The position numbers and the translations under genes are program-made. From an uncultured Ignavibacteriales bacterium (GTDB lineage Bacteria > Zixibacteria > MSB-5A5 > GN15 > FEB-12): a stretch of 64,000 nt of DNA. The notes beneath the pieces were generated by a model that saw nothing but the letters and a program-made list of their open reading frames with translations, searched no databases and had not been told where the DNA came from. Location: contig CAYXJN010000003.1 in NCBI GenBank assembly GCA_964464605.1, forward strand, positions 1 to 64,000, read 5' to 3'. Below, piece by piece: positions 1-9,929 of this stretch (position 1 is the stretch's first letter; every line of letters begins with the position of its first letter).

Positions 1-2641
1 CGCTATCTGGCTCCGGAGTAAAGCACGCCTGCGGTGCGCTGCCGATGGTAACATTTACACCGACACCGCATAACGCATTACCGCAATCACCATATGCAAT
101 TATCTGGAATCCATAACGACCGGAGGTATCAGCAGTAAAGCAGAGCTGTCCTTCGGACCATTCCGCGGCACCTTTGACACTTACACTGGTGTAACCACTA
201 ATTACCAGCGGAACACAAACCTCTCCTGTTTCACAGATGGAAACATTGAAGTCCCCTTCCGGACAGGCAATAGTCGGCGGCGGGACTTCAAAGACATTTA
301 CAGAAAGGTAGCAGGTATCGCTGCCGCATTCGTTGGATGCGACAACTGTGAAGGAATAGAGTTTTGATTCTGTCGCTTCGAATGAAAGTGCACCGCTTTC
401 CCATGTTCCAGAAGCATCATCTGAAAACACGACTACTTTATCCGCGTTTTCGATCGGTAAAATTACGTTGACCGTATCCGGATATTCGCAGACTGCATTG
501 GCAACTTCCGTAAGCGGGCAGGCAATTACCGGCGAGCCACTGCTATTGACGGAGACATCAACGGTAACTGCGCAGGTATCAGAGCCGCACTCATTAGTCG
601 CTATAACTGTGTAAACATAGCTGCCTGAAGTATCGACAGTGGCACAAAGTGAACCGTCAACCCAGGTTGCGCCTTCGACTGCTACATTAATTGCATTTTC
701 AATCGGCAACTCGACGCACACCTGGCCGGCAGCGCAGAGAATAAATGAGAATCCGGTATCCGGACAACTGATCGACGGATTCGGTGTTCCGTTCACGAGC
801 CATGATACCGTGCAGGTATCAGCGCCGCACATATTGTACGCGATGACAGTAAGCGTGTATGGTCCGCCTACATAACCGACAATCGACAGAACATCATTTT
901 CCCAAAATGCTCCTATTCCATTATCCTGAACTATCTCAACGCTATCCGCATTCGCTATAGGAAGCGGGGTGCTAACCGTACCCAATTCCGCAAACGTGCA
1001 AATCGTTGAAACTATTTGTTCAGTCGGACAGGTCATCACAATTTGTGGAGCAAGTGCAATGGAGTAGGTAATAGTACAAGTATCCGCACCACCGGCATTT
1101 GCCGCAACCAGAGTAATCGTTTGTAACCCGGTGTCTTGTGCAACCCAGTTAATCGTAGAGGCATTGACTTCTACCGGTTCGGTCAGCGGTGGCTCTGCCG
1201 AAAGAATATAGACCGTATCAGCACATGTAGCATCTATTACATCATGTGCAACACTTGGGAAACTACAAAGGGTAATCGAACGCTGTTCACCAGTACAGGT
1301 TGCAATAACGGGTTTCGTACGTATAACTTCTTGAGCAATCACGCACGAAACGGTACCACATTGGTTTGTAGCGCCAACCGTCATTTCATACACGCCAGGG
1401 GTGTCCACACTAAATCGCAGCCATGTTCCATCCCAGCTTCCCCCATTGCTTACTTCAACATTATCAAAATTCGCGATTTCCAGTGGTATAGCTACCTCAC
1501 CGGCGTAACAAACTTCCATCGGCGGGTTGTTTTGAGGACAGTTAATCACCGCCAACGATGCAGTATCAACAGCGACCATCAATGAGCAACGCGTTGCGCC
1601 ACATTCGTTGAGTGCAGTAATGCTGACTTTGTACATACCCGGCTCATCCGTGGAGAAACAAACCTCACCATTTTCATACGTTCCACCCACCATAAAGCCA
1701 GGACGGGACACCACAATTGACGTCGTAAGAAAATTGGATATTTCTAACGGGAAACAGACTGAACTATCACACGTGGTAATTGACAATGCGTCAACCGGAC
1801 ACACAATTGCGGGAGTCGTCTTAATCGTCACGTCAAACGTCAGCGTACATTCGCTCACACCGCACATGTTCTGCGCGTAGACCGTGTAGCTATATTGGCC
1901 GCTGGTGTCGGCGATAAAGCAGATTTGTCCACCACTGTAACTACCACCATGCGGAACAGTCACCTGATCGGCGCCAGTGATTGCAAACGGATAACAAACT
2001 GTACCCGCGCCGCAACGTTCCAGCGCGATAGCGCCATCCGGTACAGCCGGACATTCGATAACCGGTTCACTTCCGATGGTGACATTGACCGTCACATCGC
2101 AGGAGTCGGCACCACATTCATTCACCGCGTACAGGGTGATAACATATATACCGGAGGTATCAACGTCGACGCACAAATTGCCGCCCTCGATATCCGCACC
2201 CTGTGCGAATACACGACCGGCATCTTTAGTCAGCGGCGCGGCAATACAGGCTTGACCGGGACCGCACATGGTAATTGTGAACGGTTCTTCCGGACAGGTG
2301 ATAGTCGGCTTGATCCCTTCGTTGAGTACAACAGTAAGTACGCATTCAGTGGTATCGGTACCGACGACAATGGTAACGTTAATGTCATGCTGGCCGAATG
2401 ATGTCGGAGTAAAACAGAATTCTCCGTCGCTCCAGCTGCCTTCATCGACAATCACTGCATCAGCGCCGTCGATAGGAAAGGGAACGCAGGTTTGCATACC
2501 GGGCATCCCGCAGACCGTAATCGGATCTTGTGGGCAAAAGTCCTGTGCGTTGGTTGTTGCGCCGATAAACAGGCAACAGGCCAGAAACAAAAAACCTGAC
2601 CACCATCCGCTATTTCGTTGCCGATTGTTACCAATTTCCAT
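1..2641 (-). CDS. Large secreted Cys-rich tandem-repeat (HYR/Ig-like) surface protein, truncated by the window start
   Basis: Absent from the ORF track because it has no stop in the window. AGGAGG SD precedes ATG at 2641. It begins MEIGNNRQRNSGWWSGFLFLACCLFIGATTNAQ (signal-peptide-like) and has about 10 repeats of ~80-88 aa with I.CP...C.P..I and N.CG.D.C motifs. Confidence 0.85.
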   Translation of the reverse strand, partial: MEIGNNRQRNSGWWSGFLFLACCLFIGATTNAQDFCPQDPITVCGMPGMQTCVPFPIDGADAVIVDEGSWSDGEFCFTPTSFGQHDINVTIVVGTDTTECVLTVVLNEGIKPTITCPEEPFTITMCGPGQACIAAPLTKDAGRVFAQGADIEGGNLCVDVDTSGIYVITLYAVNECGADSCDVTVNVTIGSEPVIECPAVPDGAIALERCGAGTVCYPFAITGADQVTVPHGGSYSGGQICFIADTSGQYSYTVYAQNMCGVSECTLTFDVTIKTTPAIVCPVDALSITTCDSSVCFPLEISNFLTTSIVVSRPGFMVGGTYENGEVCFSTDEPGMYKVSITALNECGATRCSLMVAVDTASLAVINCPQNNPPMEVCYAGEVAIPLEIANFDNVEVSNGGSWDGTWLRFSVDTPGVYEMTVGATNQCGTVSCVIAQEVIRTKPVIATCTGEQRSITLCSFPSVAHDVIDATCADTVYILSAEPPLTEPVEVNASTINWVAQDTGLQTITLVAANAGGADTCTITYSIALAPQIVMTCPTEQIVSTICTFAELGTVSTPLPIANADSVEIVQDNGIGAFWENDVLSIVGYVGGPYTLTVIAYNMCGADTCTVSWLVNGTPNPSISCPDTGFSFILCAAGQVCVELPIENAINVAVEGATWVDGSLCATVDTSGSYVYTVIATNECGSDTCAVTVDVSVNSSGSPVIACPLTEVANAVCEYPDTVNVILPIENADKVVVFSDDASGTWESGALSFEATESKLYSFTVVASNECGSDTCYLSVNVFEVPPPTIACPEGDFNVSICETGEVCVPLVISGYTSVSVKGAAEWSEGQLCFTADTSGRYGFQIIAYGDCGNALCGVGVNVTIGSAPQACFTPEPDS

Positions 2642-2911
2642 AGTGAGGATCCTCCTGATATTTCAAAAATCCTATGTTTTGTTATCCATAACCTGCTTAC
2701 AGTTCTTGCACACGGCAAAACGCACTGCACGCATAATTCAATGATCTGCCCGTCTGCCATCTTCGGGCAGAATGATTCTAAAACCGTATGTTTCTGGTTG
2801 CGTTCACTCCACTCCCCATGAGTGTGTGAATCGCATGACGTGTAAAAGCAGTAACTTAATTCTCAGGGGTAAACATAAGAGTATCCCCCAAAATGAGTCA
2901 ACCGGAAAAAA

Positions 2912-3748
2912 TCAGCCGTTTTCCGACCGGTATGATTCTTCTTCACTCGGAAAACGACCGGACTTAACATCTTCAATAAATCGTTTAACTGCATCGGTAA
3001 TAACCGGTGGTAAGTCAGCATATTCCCGCAGGAACTTCGGCTTGAAACCTTCATCACGAAGTCCTAACATATCGTTAGTAACCAAAACCTGCCCATCGCA
3101 TTGCAGTCCTGCACCGATACCGATAGTAGCAGCGGTTTTAAGCGATGAGGTAATCGTTTTGGCGATATCAGATTCCAGAAGTTCAAGCACGATCGCAAAA
3201 CAGCCTGCCTCTTCCAGGGCCTGTGCCGATTCAAGCAGATATGCGCGCGAGCGGGCTTCCCGCCCCTGCACTTTCGGCCCGCCGAAGCGATGAATCGCCT
3301 GCGGTGTTAGTCCGATATGTCCCATCACCGGAATACCGCATTCAACAACCCGTTTGACTGTATCTGCCATTTCAATGCCACCTTCCATTTTGACCGCTTC
3401 GGCGTTTCCTTCTTTTAAAAAACGTCCGGCATTCAAAATCGCGGTTTCAATCGAGGGCTGAAACGAGAGAAACGGCATGTCGGCAATCAATAACGGATTT
3501 TTCGACCCGCGGCTAACTGCAGCAGTGTGGGCAACCATGATATCCATCGTGATCGGAATCGTTGAATTGAAGCCATGAATCACATTGCTCGCGGAATCAC
3601 CGACTAAAACGGCATCGATACCCGCCGCATCCAGAAGATGCGCGGTGAAATAATCATAGGCCGTGAGCATGGTGATTTTTTCACCTTTGGCCTTTTTAGC
3701 TATAAACGTATTGATCGTTACTTTTTTTCGCTCTTTGATAACTGACAT
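2912..3748 (-). CDS. panB: 3-methyl-2-oxobutanoate hydroxymethyltransferase
   Basis: Motifs MLTAYD, LVGDS, ADMPF, VKMEGG, GHIGLTPQ, IGIGAG, DGQVLV. Start placed at MSVIKE (3748), just after the upstream stop. Confidence 0.97.
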   Translation of the reverse strand: MSVIKERKKVTINTFIAKKAKGEKITMLTAYDYFTAHLLDAAGIDAVLVGDSASNVIHGFNSTIPITMDIMVAHTAAVSRGSKNPLLIADMPFLSFQPSIETAILNAGRFLKEGNAEAVKMEGGIEMADTVKRVVECGIPVMGHIGLTPQAIHRFGGPKVQGREARSRAYLLESAQALEEAGCFAIVLELLESDIAKTITSSLKTAATIGIGAGLQCDGQVLVTNDMLGLRDEGFKPKFLREYADLPPVITDAVKRFIEDVKSGRFPSEEESYRSENG

Positions 3749-3749
3749 G

Positions 3750-4400
3750 CTATGCCTGCGATACTCCCGCCGCCGGAACGTAGTACCGTTTTCCGGAAAG
3801 CGGTTTGTGGATTTGATCGATGAGATCATCGAAATGTTCGGGGGTGTTTACGAAATCGATATTGTCGGTCTTAACAACCAAAAGCGGGGTGTCGGTATAA
3901 TTGAAAAAGTAGTAGTCGTATGCTTTGTTCAGCATTTCGACATATTCGGAATCGATCGGTTTTTCAAACGTCAAATTCCGCTTTCGTACCCGCTCAAGCA
4001 AAACCGGTGTGGAGGCCTGCAGATAAATAACCAAGTCAGGACGTGGGATTTCCTGCGACAAAGCCGGCGCGATTTTTTCATAGAGCCGTAGTTCCGACTC
4101 TGTCAAATTTACCGAGGCGAAAATCGAATCTTTGGCAAACAGATAATCGGCCACGATTTTCTGCGCGAACAGGTCCCGCATCAACAAACTTTGCTGCTGC
4201 TGATACCGTGACAACAAAAAGAAGAGCTGGCAAGAAAACGCGAACCGTTTCCGGTTTCTATAAAAATCCGGCAAGAACGGATTTTCCAACACTTCTTCAT
4301 TGAGCAATTGCGCGCCAAGCCGGTCGGCGAGCATTCGGGAGAAGGTTGTTTTCCCGACTCCGATAACCCCTTCGACGGCTATATAATTCGGTTCAACCAT
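3750..4400 (-). CDS. Deoxynucleoside kinase (dNK family)
   Basis: YIAVEGVIGVGKTT P-loop, ENPFLPDFY, QLFFLLSR, PDLVIYL; usual folK-dNK-panB context. Confidence 0.92.
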   Translation of the reverse strand: MVEPNYIAVEGVIGVGKTTFSRMLADRLGAQLLNEEVLENPFLPDFYRNRKRFAFSCQLFFLLSRYQQQQSLLMRDLFAQKIVADYLFAKDSIFASVNLTESELRLYEKIAPALSQEIPRPDLVIYLQASTPVLLERVRKRNLTFEKPIDSEYVEMLNKAYDYYFFNYTDTPLLVVKTDNIDFVNTPEHFDDLIDQIHKPLSGKRYYVPAAGVSQA

Positions 4401-4908
4401 GCATCCCTGCAAACCGAGTGTTCACTGCCCGCACCGATTTGGATTCTTCCGGTTCCAAATATTCCGCCATCCGGTTTCCGGTTTCCGGATGCACGACATT
4501 CGGCGCGACATCCAAAAGCGGCACTAATGCAAACGGGCGTTCGGTCAGCCGCTTGTGCGGAATCGTCAGACGGTTATTGTCCATCTGCCGTTCACCGAAC
4601 AGCAAAATATCCAAATCTATGGTCCGTGACTGATAATTCCCTTTATCACTGCGGCCAAGCAGTGTTTCGATTCCTTCGAGCTGTTTTAACAGCATCATTG
4701 GCTCGCACACGCAGGTGCATTCGACGACCTGATTCAAAAACGACGGCGTCCCTGTTTGCATCTCGACAGCCGCTGATTCATACACCGCCGATTCCGCGGT
4801 AATCATCACGCCGCACAAGGAATCGATCATCGTCCGCGCGCGGGCGATGGTTTCCTCACGATTGCCGAGATTCGAACCCAAAAGAATGTATACGACTTCC
4901 GACTTCAT
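4393..4908 (-). CDS. folK: 2-amino-4-hydroxy-6-hydroxymethyldihydropteridine diphosphokinase
   Basis: LGSNLG, FLNQV, RTIDLDILLFG, LTIPH..L.ERPF.L.PL. Confidence 0.97.
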   Translation of the reverse strand: MKSEVVYILLGSNLGNREETIARARTMIDSLCGVMITAESAVYESAAVEMQTGTPSFLNQVVECTCVCEPMMLLKQLEGIETLLGRSDKGNYQSRTIDLDILLFGERQMDNNRLTIPHKRLTERPFALVPLLDVAPNVVHPETGNRMAEYLEPEESKSVRAVNTRFAGMHG

Positions 4909-4911
4909 AGC

Positions 4912-5295
4912 TTATCCGATAAGTTTTGCCACATCACTCTGCAGCCTGGTCAATTCGACTTCAATATACTTTACATGCCCCGGAATCGGCGGCGACATTT
5001 TGCGAACCCGCAACGTCACCCGATAGACCGGAAACAATTCCAAAATTTTTTGCGCGAGTGAGGTCGCTAATCCTTCAAGCAAAGAAAACGCCGTTCCTTC
5101 GACAGTCTCTTTGATTAAGCGATACACTTTTTCATAGTTCACGGTATCTGTCAGCCTGTCGGTCGCGCCTGCCTGCGCCAGGTCGACTTCGAGTTCACAG
5201 TCGATTTCAAATACCCGGCCGGTCTCCTTTTCCGCAGCGGTGACGCCATGATAGCCATAAAAGGCCATTCCGCCAAGACGGATAACATCTTTCAT
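4912..5295 (-). CDS. folB: Dihydroneopterin aldolase
   Basis: FYGYHGV...EK, TVNYE, LLE.LA, RVRK..PP. Confidence 0.95.
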   Translation of the reverse strand: MKDVIRLGGMAFYGYHGVTAAEKETGRVFEIDCELEVDLAQAGATDRLTDTVNYEKVYRLIKETVEGTAFSLLEGLATSLAQKILELFPVYRVTLRVRKMSPPIPGHVKYIEVELTRLQSDVAKLIG

Positions 5296-6470
5296 TGATC
5301 CGCCACCAACCTGAGTAATTGCAGTTTCTGCCGTACCCGATTTGCCGCTTCGGTAAATGATTCCGCCGGTGCCGTGGCCGAAAGTCGAACAAACCCGCCG
5401 CCTGCTTCGCCGAAAGCCGTTCCCGGCGCAACTAAAATACGGCTGCGACGAAAGAGCATGACGGCTGCATCATTGGCCGTTAACTGACGTTCCAAACGAC
5501 ACCAGATATACGGAACACTATTACCGCCTTCCCGTTCCAATCCCAACTGCGTCATAGCAGGAATTGCTCCGGCTACTGATTCCTCAATTCGTTTACGCGC
5601 TGACAACAACTGCGGTGCGGGATAACGACGAATTGCGCGAACCGCCATCGCCACAAAACAAGCGGGCAAATACGTACCGACTAATCCACTCACTGATTGC
5701 AAGCCGCTGATTACATCCCGATGCCCCACCACAAATCCAAACGGTAGCTGCGGTAGACCGAAGCGCAATGAAAATGAACCGGCTTCTACACCGACTCGTT
5801 TGCCATGTTCGACTGACAACAATGAAACTGGTTTGTTGACGGGAATCGAGGAATACGAAGAATCATTTACTATCAAAATATTTTCCTGCGAAGCCATCAG
5901 CGTCAGTTCCTGCATATCCCGCATTTCGATTTCAGTACCGGTCGGATCATGCGGTGTATTCAAAAACAGCAATCGTGCGGCACGGCCGATTTGCGTATGC
6001 AATCGCGCAAAACTTGGCTGCCAGTTGGTCCGTTTGTTGAGCGCGTACGAAACTGATTCACCACCGCAAGCTGCTACGGCTTGACGGTAAACCGGCGATC
6101 CGATTTCCGGCACAAACGCCAGATCATTCGTATCGATGAAAACCAATGAGATTAGAAAGAGCAGGGATGGTACATCGCCGCCAATCCAAATCTCTTTGGT
6201 CGGATTCAGCGTAACGTCATACTCTTTTTGGTACCAGGCCGCGAGCGCTTCCTTGAGTTCGGCAATCTGTTCATCGGTTGCCGGGGAAAGGTCATTGGAA
6301 AGCTGCGTATCTTCTTCGTAGCCGACTGGCCAGTGGAAACGGGCGAGATCGATAATTTCACGGCGGCGAACCGGCAGGCGCGAACGCCAACGCTTTGCGA
6401 ATTGCAGCGGATCAGGCGGAAGCTGGTGTATCCGGTTCGCTTTATCTACCACGACCTGTTTGATTGCCAC
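5292..6470 (-). CDS. Class I/II aminotransferase-fold protein (LL-DAP aminotransferase-like), apparently lacking the PLP lysine
   Basis: Fold motifs LFLNTPHDPTG, VNDSSYS, VAPGTAFG..G.GFVRLS. The expected S.SK...GWR.G reads SFSLRFGLPQLPFG. Confidence 0.85.
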   Translation of the reverse strand: MAIKQVVVDKANRIHQLPPDPLQFAKRWRSRLPVRRREIIDLARFHWPVGYEEDTQLSNDLSPATDEQIAELKEALAAWYQKEYDVTLNPTKEIWIGGDVPSLLFLISLVFIDTNDLAFVPEIGSPVYRQAVAACGGESVSYALNKRTNWQPSFARLHTQIGRAARLLFLNTPHDPTGTEIEMRDMQELTLMASQENILIVNDSSYSSIPVNKPVSLLSVEHGKRVGVEAGSFSLRFGLPQLPFGFVVGHRDVISGLQSVSGLVGTYLPACFVAMAVRAIRRYPAPQLLSARKRIEESVAGAIPAMTQLGLEREGGNSVPYIWCRLERQLTANDAAVMLFRRSRILVAPGTAFGEAGGGFVRLSATAPAESFTEAANRVRQKLQLLRLVADQ

Positions 6471-6473
6471 CGG

Positions 6474-7139
6474 CTACCTTCTTCCCTTCGTTTCCCAGAC
6501 CGTTTCCATCCGCTTGCGCATCAGCTCAAGCCGTTTGAACTCATCCGATGGAAGTCCGTGCACATTTCCCAACTGCCGCGCCAAGTGGAGTATCTGCGCA
6601 TATTGTTCAACCATCTCTGAACGGTCGAATGCTTCGGCAATTGATTTTCCGATAGTCACTAATCCGTAGTTCCGCATAACAACTGCTGAGTGCGACTCGA
6701 TAACACTCTCTAATTCCGATACCGCCGATTCCGGCGTAGCAACGACATGATCGGTAATACCGATTTTCCCGACTGCAACCATAATGCTCGGTAATATCTC
6801 TTCATCCAGCCCGACTCCGGCAACTGAAAAGGCGGTGGCAAAAGCCGGAAGCGTGTGCGCTATCGAGCGGGCATCCGGTCGGCGATTATAAATCGCAAGA
6901 TGCATGGCAAGGTGCAAACTGGCGGGGCGTTTTCCTTGCAGATGTTTGCCGTTTTGGTCGACCACCACCGGATCTTCGGCTTCGAGACTGCCGAAAGACA
7001 ATCCGGACGGCGTAATCATGATTCTATCCCCATCTAATCTGACCGACAAAGAGCCATCGGTTCCCACAACCAACTTTCGGTCATACAATCGCTTAGCGAA
7101 CGTGACCAGTTCTTTTTTGGCAACGAACGGGGAAACCAT
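6474..7139 (-). CDS. Class II aldolase/adducin-family protein with a degenerate Zn site
   Basis: GTDGSLS, ITPSG, MHLAIY..RPD. HxH reads HTL, NHG reads NYG and SSE reads SLH. Confidence 0.85.
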   Translation of the reverse strand: MVSPFVAKKELVTFAKRLYDRKLVVGTDGSLSVRLDGDRIMITPSGLSFGSLEAEDPVVVDQNGKHLQGKRPASLHLAMHLAIYNRRPDARSIAHTLPAFATAFSVAGVGLDEEILPSIMVAVGKIGITDHVVATPESAVSELESVIESHSAVVMRNYGLVTIGKSIAEAFDRSEMVEQYAQILHLARQLGNVHGLPSDEFKRLELMRKRMETVWETKGRR

Positions 7140-7147
7140 AGTCCGTC

Positions 7148-7176
7148 AAGCTACCCAGCTTGAAAAGAATTGTCAA
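7148..7176 (-). promoter_or_regulatory. Sigma70-type promoter of the aldolase-folB-panB operon
   Basis: TTGACA-N17-TAGCTT, ending 8 nt before ATG 7139. Confidence 0.65.
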
Positions 7177-7330
7177 TAACACCCGATTCGTTGGTACAAG
7201 CTGCTGCGAGTTATCCGGCCTACTTTTTGCCTGAATATTAACGAATTCCCTGAATCAATCCTGCGTATAAATCGTTATAGGTATTGAACATCTCAGCAGT
7301 TCACAGGAAGTGATTGGAAATTATTTCTTC

Positions 7331-7358
7331 TTGACAATAACCAGAATGCCCGTATTAT
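7331..7358 (+). promoter_or_regulatory. Sigma70-type promoter of degP
   Basis: TTGACA-N16-TATTAT, followed by an AAGGAG SD-like sequence before GTG 7388. Confidence 0.65.
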
Positions 7359-7387
7359 GGTAGGCTAAGCTAAAGGAGCAGGAAGCC

Positions 7388-8887
7388 GTGGAACGTTATC
7401 CGATCCCCCCCTCTTCCCCCGGTCGGAAAGGGTTGACAGTAGTATCATTTGTTGCCGTGGCGGGGCTGTTTCTTTTAATCGGCGTCATTATCGCTTCTCG
7501 GCTTGATCTTTCAAGTCCGAGCCTTGCCCAAACTCCCACCAACATCGCCCAAACCGGACTCTATCCGGTAGTGGAAAAAGATGGGGAAGCGCAATCCCCC
7601 TTTGTTGACGTTGTCCAGCGGGTGCAGGATGCAGTCGTGAACATTTCGGCGACCTCCCGCGAAGAAAATATCCCGTGGTGGCAGCGCGGCGCGGGTTACT
7701 CGACTTCCTCCGGTTCCGGATTCTTTTTCCGCGAAGACGGTTACATCCTGACCAATAACCACGTCGTTAAAAATGCCGACCGACTGACCGTTTCGACCGC
7801 CGCCGGTTACAAATACGATGCGCGACTTGTCGGGGCTGACCCCGCAACTGATTTGGCTGTTTTGAAAGTTGATCCGGAAGAAAAAATTACGACGATTGAG
7901 TTCGGTGATTCCGAAAAACTACGCGTCGGTGACTGGGCTATCGCCATCGGTAATCCGTTTCCGCAACAGGGACTCGACCGTACGGTTACCGTCGGTGTTA
8001 TTTCTGCCAAAGGACGAAGCAATCTGAATTTTGGACAGGAAACACCGCGCTATCAGGATTTTATTCAGACCGATGCATCTATTAACCCGGGTAACTCCGG
8101 CGGTCCGCTGCTGAATTTGCGTGGTGAATGTATAGGCGTTAACTCCGCTATTTCGAGCCCGACGGGTACATCGGTCGGTATCGGCTTTGCTATCCCGATT
8201 AACCTCGCCCGTGCGGTAGTGCCTGATTTGATTTCAAGCGGTCACGCCAGCCGCGGGTGGCTCGGTGTATTTCTTGACCGCGTGAGCGAACGGGAAGCCC
8301 GCCGTCAGGGATTAACGAATGTCAAAGGCGTGCGCATCGATTCCGTATTCAACAACTCTCCCGCCGACAAAGCGGGAATCGAACGCGGTGATATTATTGT
8401 CGAGTTCAATAACAAAGTAGTCGAAGACCCGGGGCAGTTTTCGGTTTTAGTTTCGACAGCGAAAAGCGGCGCATCGGTACCGATAACACTCGTTCGTGAC
8501 GGTGAAAAGATTACGACCTCAACCGTTATCGCCGATCAGGATTCCTGGTCATCGTTACCGTCATCCGGTTCAGGAGGTGGTAGCCATGACTTCCCTGCCC
8601 GGTTATGGATGGGAATGGAAGTTATCGATTTCACGAAAGACGTCGCCAAGGCGCTTTCGCTTGATTATGTACCGGGGCTGTATGTCCAGCGTGTCTACCC
8701 CGGATCACCCGCTGATGGCGCATCCATCACCAAGGGTGCTGTGATTTTGCAAGTTAACAATACGACTATACGGTCAATTGCCGATTTGGAAGAGATCGCG
8801 CGAAAAATTCAAGGAACTGAACTGCGGGTACCGGTCATCGTACAGGAACCGGATGGAACAATTTCCCGCAAAGTTCTCAAGACATAA
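7388..8887 (+). CDS. degP: Do/DegQ (HtrA) serine protease with two PDZ domains
   Basis: N-terminal TM, GSGF, TNNHV, DLAVLK, IQTDASINPGNSGGPL, two PDZ-like repeats. Confidence 0.95.
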   Translation: MERYPIPPSSPGRKGLTVVSFVAVAGLFLLIGVIIASRLDLSSPSLAQTPTNIAQTGLYPVVEKDGEAQSPFVDVVQRVQDAVVNISATSREENIPWWQRGAGYSTSSGSGFFFREDGYILTNNHVVKNADRLTVSTAAGYKYDARLVGADPATDLAVLKVDPEEKITTIEFGDSEKLRVGDWAIAIGNPFPQQGLDRTVTVGVISAKGRSNLNFGQETPRYQDFIQTDASINPGNSGGPLLNLRGECIGVNSAISSPTGTSVGIGFAIPINLARAVVPDLISSGHASRGWLGVFLDRVSEREARRQGLTNVKGVRIDSVFNNSPADKAGIERGDIIVEFNNKVVEDPGQFSVLVSTAKSGASVPITLVRDGEKITTSTVIADQDSWSSLPSSGSGGGSHDFPARLWMGMEVIDFTKDVAKALSLDYVPGLYVQRVYPGSPADGASITKGAVILQVNNTTIRSIADLEEIARKIQGTELRVPVIVQEPDGTISRKVLKT

Positions 8888-8960
8888 ACGCGACGCTGAT
8901 CGACACCAACGAAGCAAACGACCGGAGTTTGGGACAGCATAAAGGAGATATAGGAAGCAC

Positions 8961-9815
8961 GTGGCTAAGCAATCGCTAAAATATCGCGATGAAGATCGTT
9001 CACTTGATATGTATCTGCGGGAGATCGGTGAGACTCCGCTGATTAACGCCGACGAAGAAGTTCGTTTAGCGCGCCGTATCAAGCAGGGGGACAAACGAGC
9101 TTTGGAAAAGCTGGTGAAGGCGAATCTTCGTTTCGTTGTGTCAGTCGCAAAGCAATACCAGAATCAGGGATTGTCTTTGGCTGATTTGATCAACGAAGGG
9201 AATATAGGCCTTATCAAAGCCGCCAAACGATTCGATGAAACTCGCGGATTCAAATTTATTTCCTACGCAGTCTGGTGGATTCGCCAGGCTATTCTACAGG
9301 CATTGGCGGAACAGAGCCGTATCGTTCGGTTACCGCTCAACCGCGTCGGAACGCTGCACAAGATCGGTAAAATCTCAAGCCGCCTTGAACAGGGTTTAGG
9401 ACGTTTGCCGTCGCCTGAAGAAATCGCCGCCGAGTTGGAGCTTTCCGAAGGGGAAGTTGCCGACACGCTGAAGATTTCCAATTCGCATCTGTCTTTGGAT
9501 GCGCCGTTCTCGACCTCGGAAGAGAATTCACTGATCGACGTTTTGGAAGATGAATTCCAGCCGTCGCCGGATGAAGCGCTTTTGAGTCAGTCATTGCGCG
9601 TGGAAATCGAAAAAGCGCTCGATACTCTCACCCCGCGTGAAGCGGAAGTGATTAACCTGTACTTCGGGTTGAATCATGAAAAAGCGCTCACGCTGGAAGA
9701 AATCGGCGCCCGGTTTTCGCTGACACGTGAACGCGTTCGTCAGATTAAAGAAAAAGCTATTCGCCGTTTGCGGCATGCCTCGCGCAGCCGTTCACTGCGG
9801 GCATATTTGAATTAA
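8961..9815 (+). CDS. RNA polymerase sigma70 factor, RpoD/SigA type lacking region 1.1
   Basis: [47 protein letters not shown]...TRERVRQI. Confidence 0.95.
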   Translation: MAKQSLKYRDEDRSLDMYLREIGETPLINADEEVRLARRIKQGDKRALEKLVKANLRFVVSVAKQYQNQGLSLADLINEGNIGLIKAAKRFDETRGFKFISYAVWWIRQAILQALAEQSRIVRLPLNRVGTLHKIGKISSRLEQGLGRLPSPEEIAAELELSEGEVADTLKISNSHLSLDAPFSTSEENSLIDVLEDEFQPSPDEALLSQSLRVEIEKALDTLTPREAEVINLYFGLNHEKALTLEEIGARFSLTRERVRQIKEKAIRRLRHASRSRSLRAYLN

Positions 9816-9833
9816 TCGATTACGATGCAATCG

Positions 9834-9861
9834 AAAAGCCGCCTGAATAGGCGGCTTTTTT
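9834..9861 (+). terminator. Rho-independent terminator
   Basis: AAAAGCCGCCT-gaat-AGGCGGCTTTT followed by a T run, just after the sigma gene. Confidence 0.85.
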
Positions 9862-9929
9862 ATTAAAAAAGACATGAAACGCCCTTGCCGTCGGGCTGTT
9901 CTCGTGTATCTTTGATGGCCTGACAAAAC

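Noticed and set aside
639..2821. Several plus-strand ORFs in the track
   Set aside because: They are mostly antisense shadows of the long minus-strand repeat protein.
2642..2911. Possible riboswitch in the long leader of the repeat protein (hairpin TCTGCCCG/CGGGCAGA; GCACACGGCAAAAC resembles the c-di-GMP-I start)
   Set aside because: The resemblance is on the wrong strand and lacks the GAAA tetraloop and second stem; an Rfam scan would be needed.
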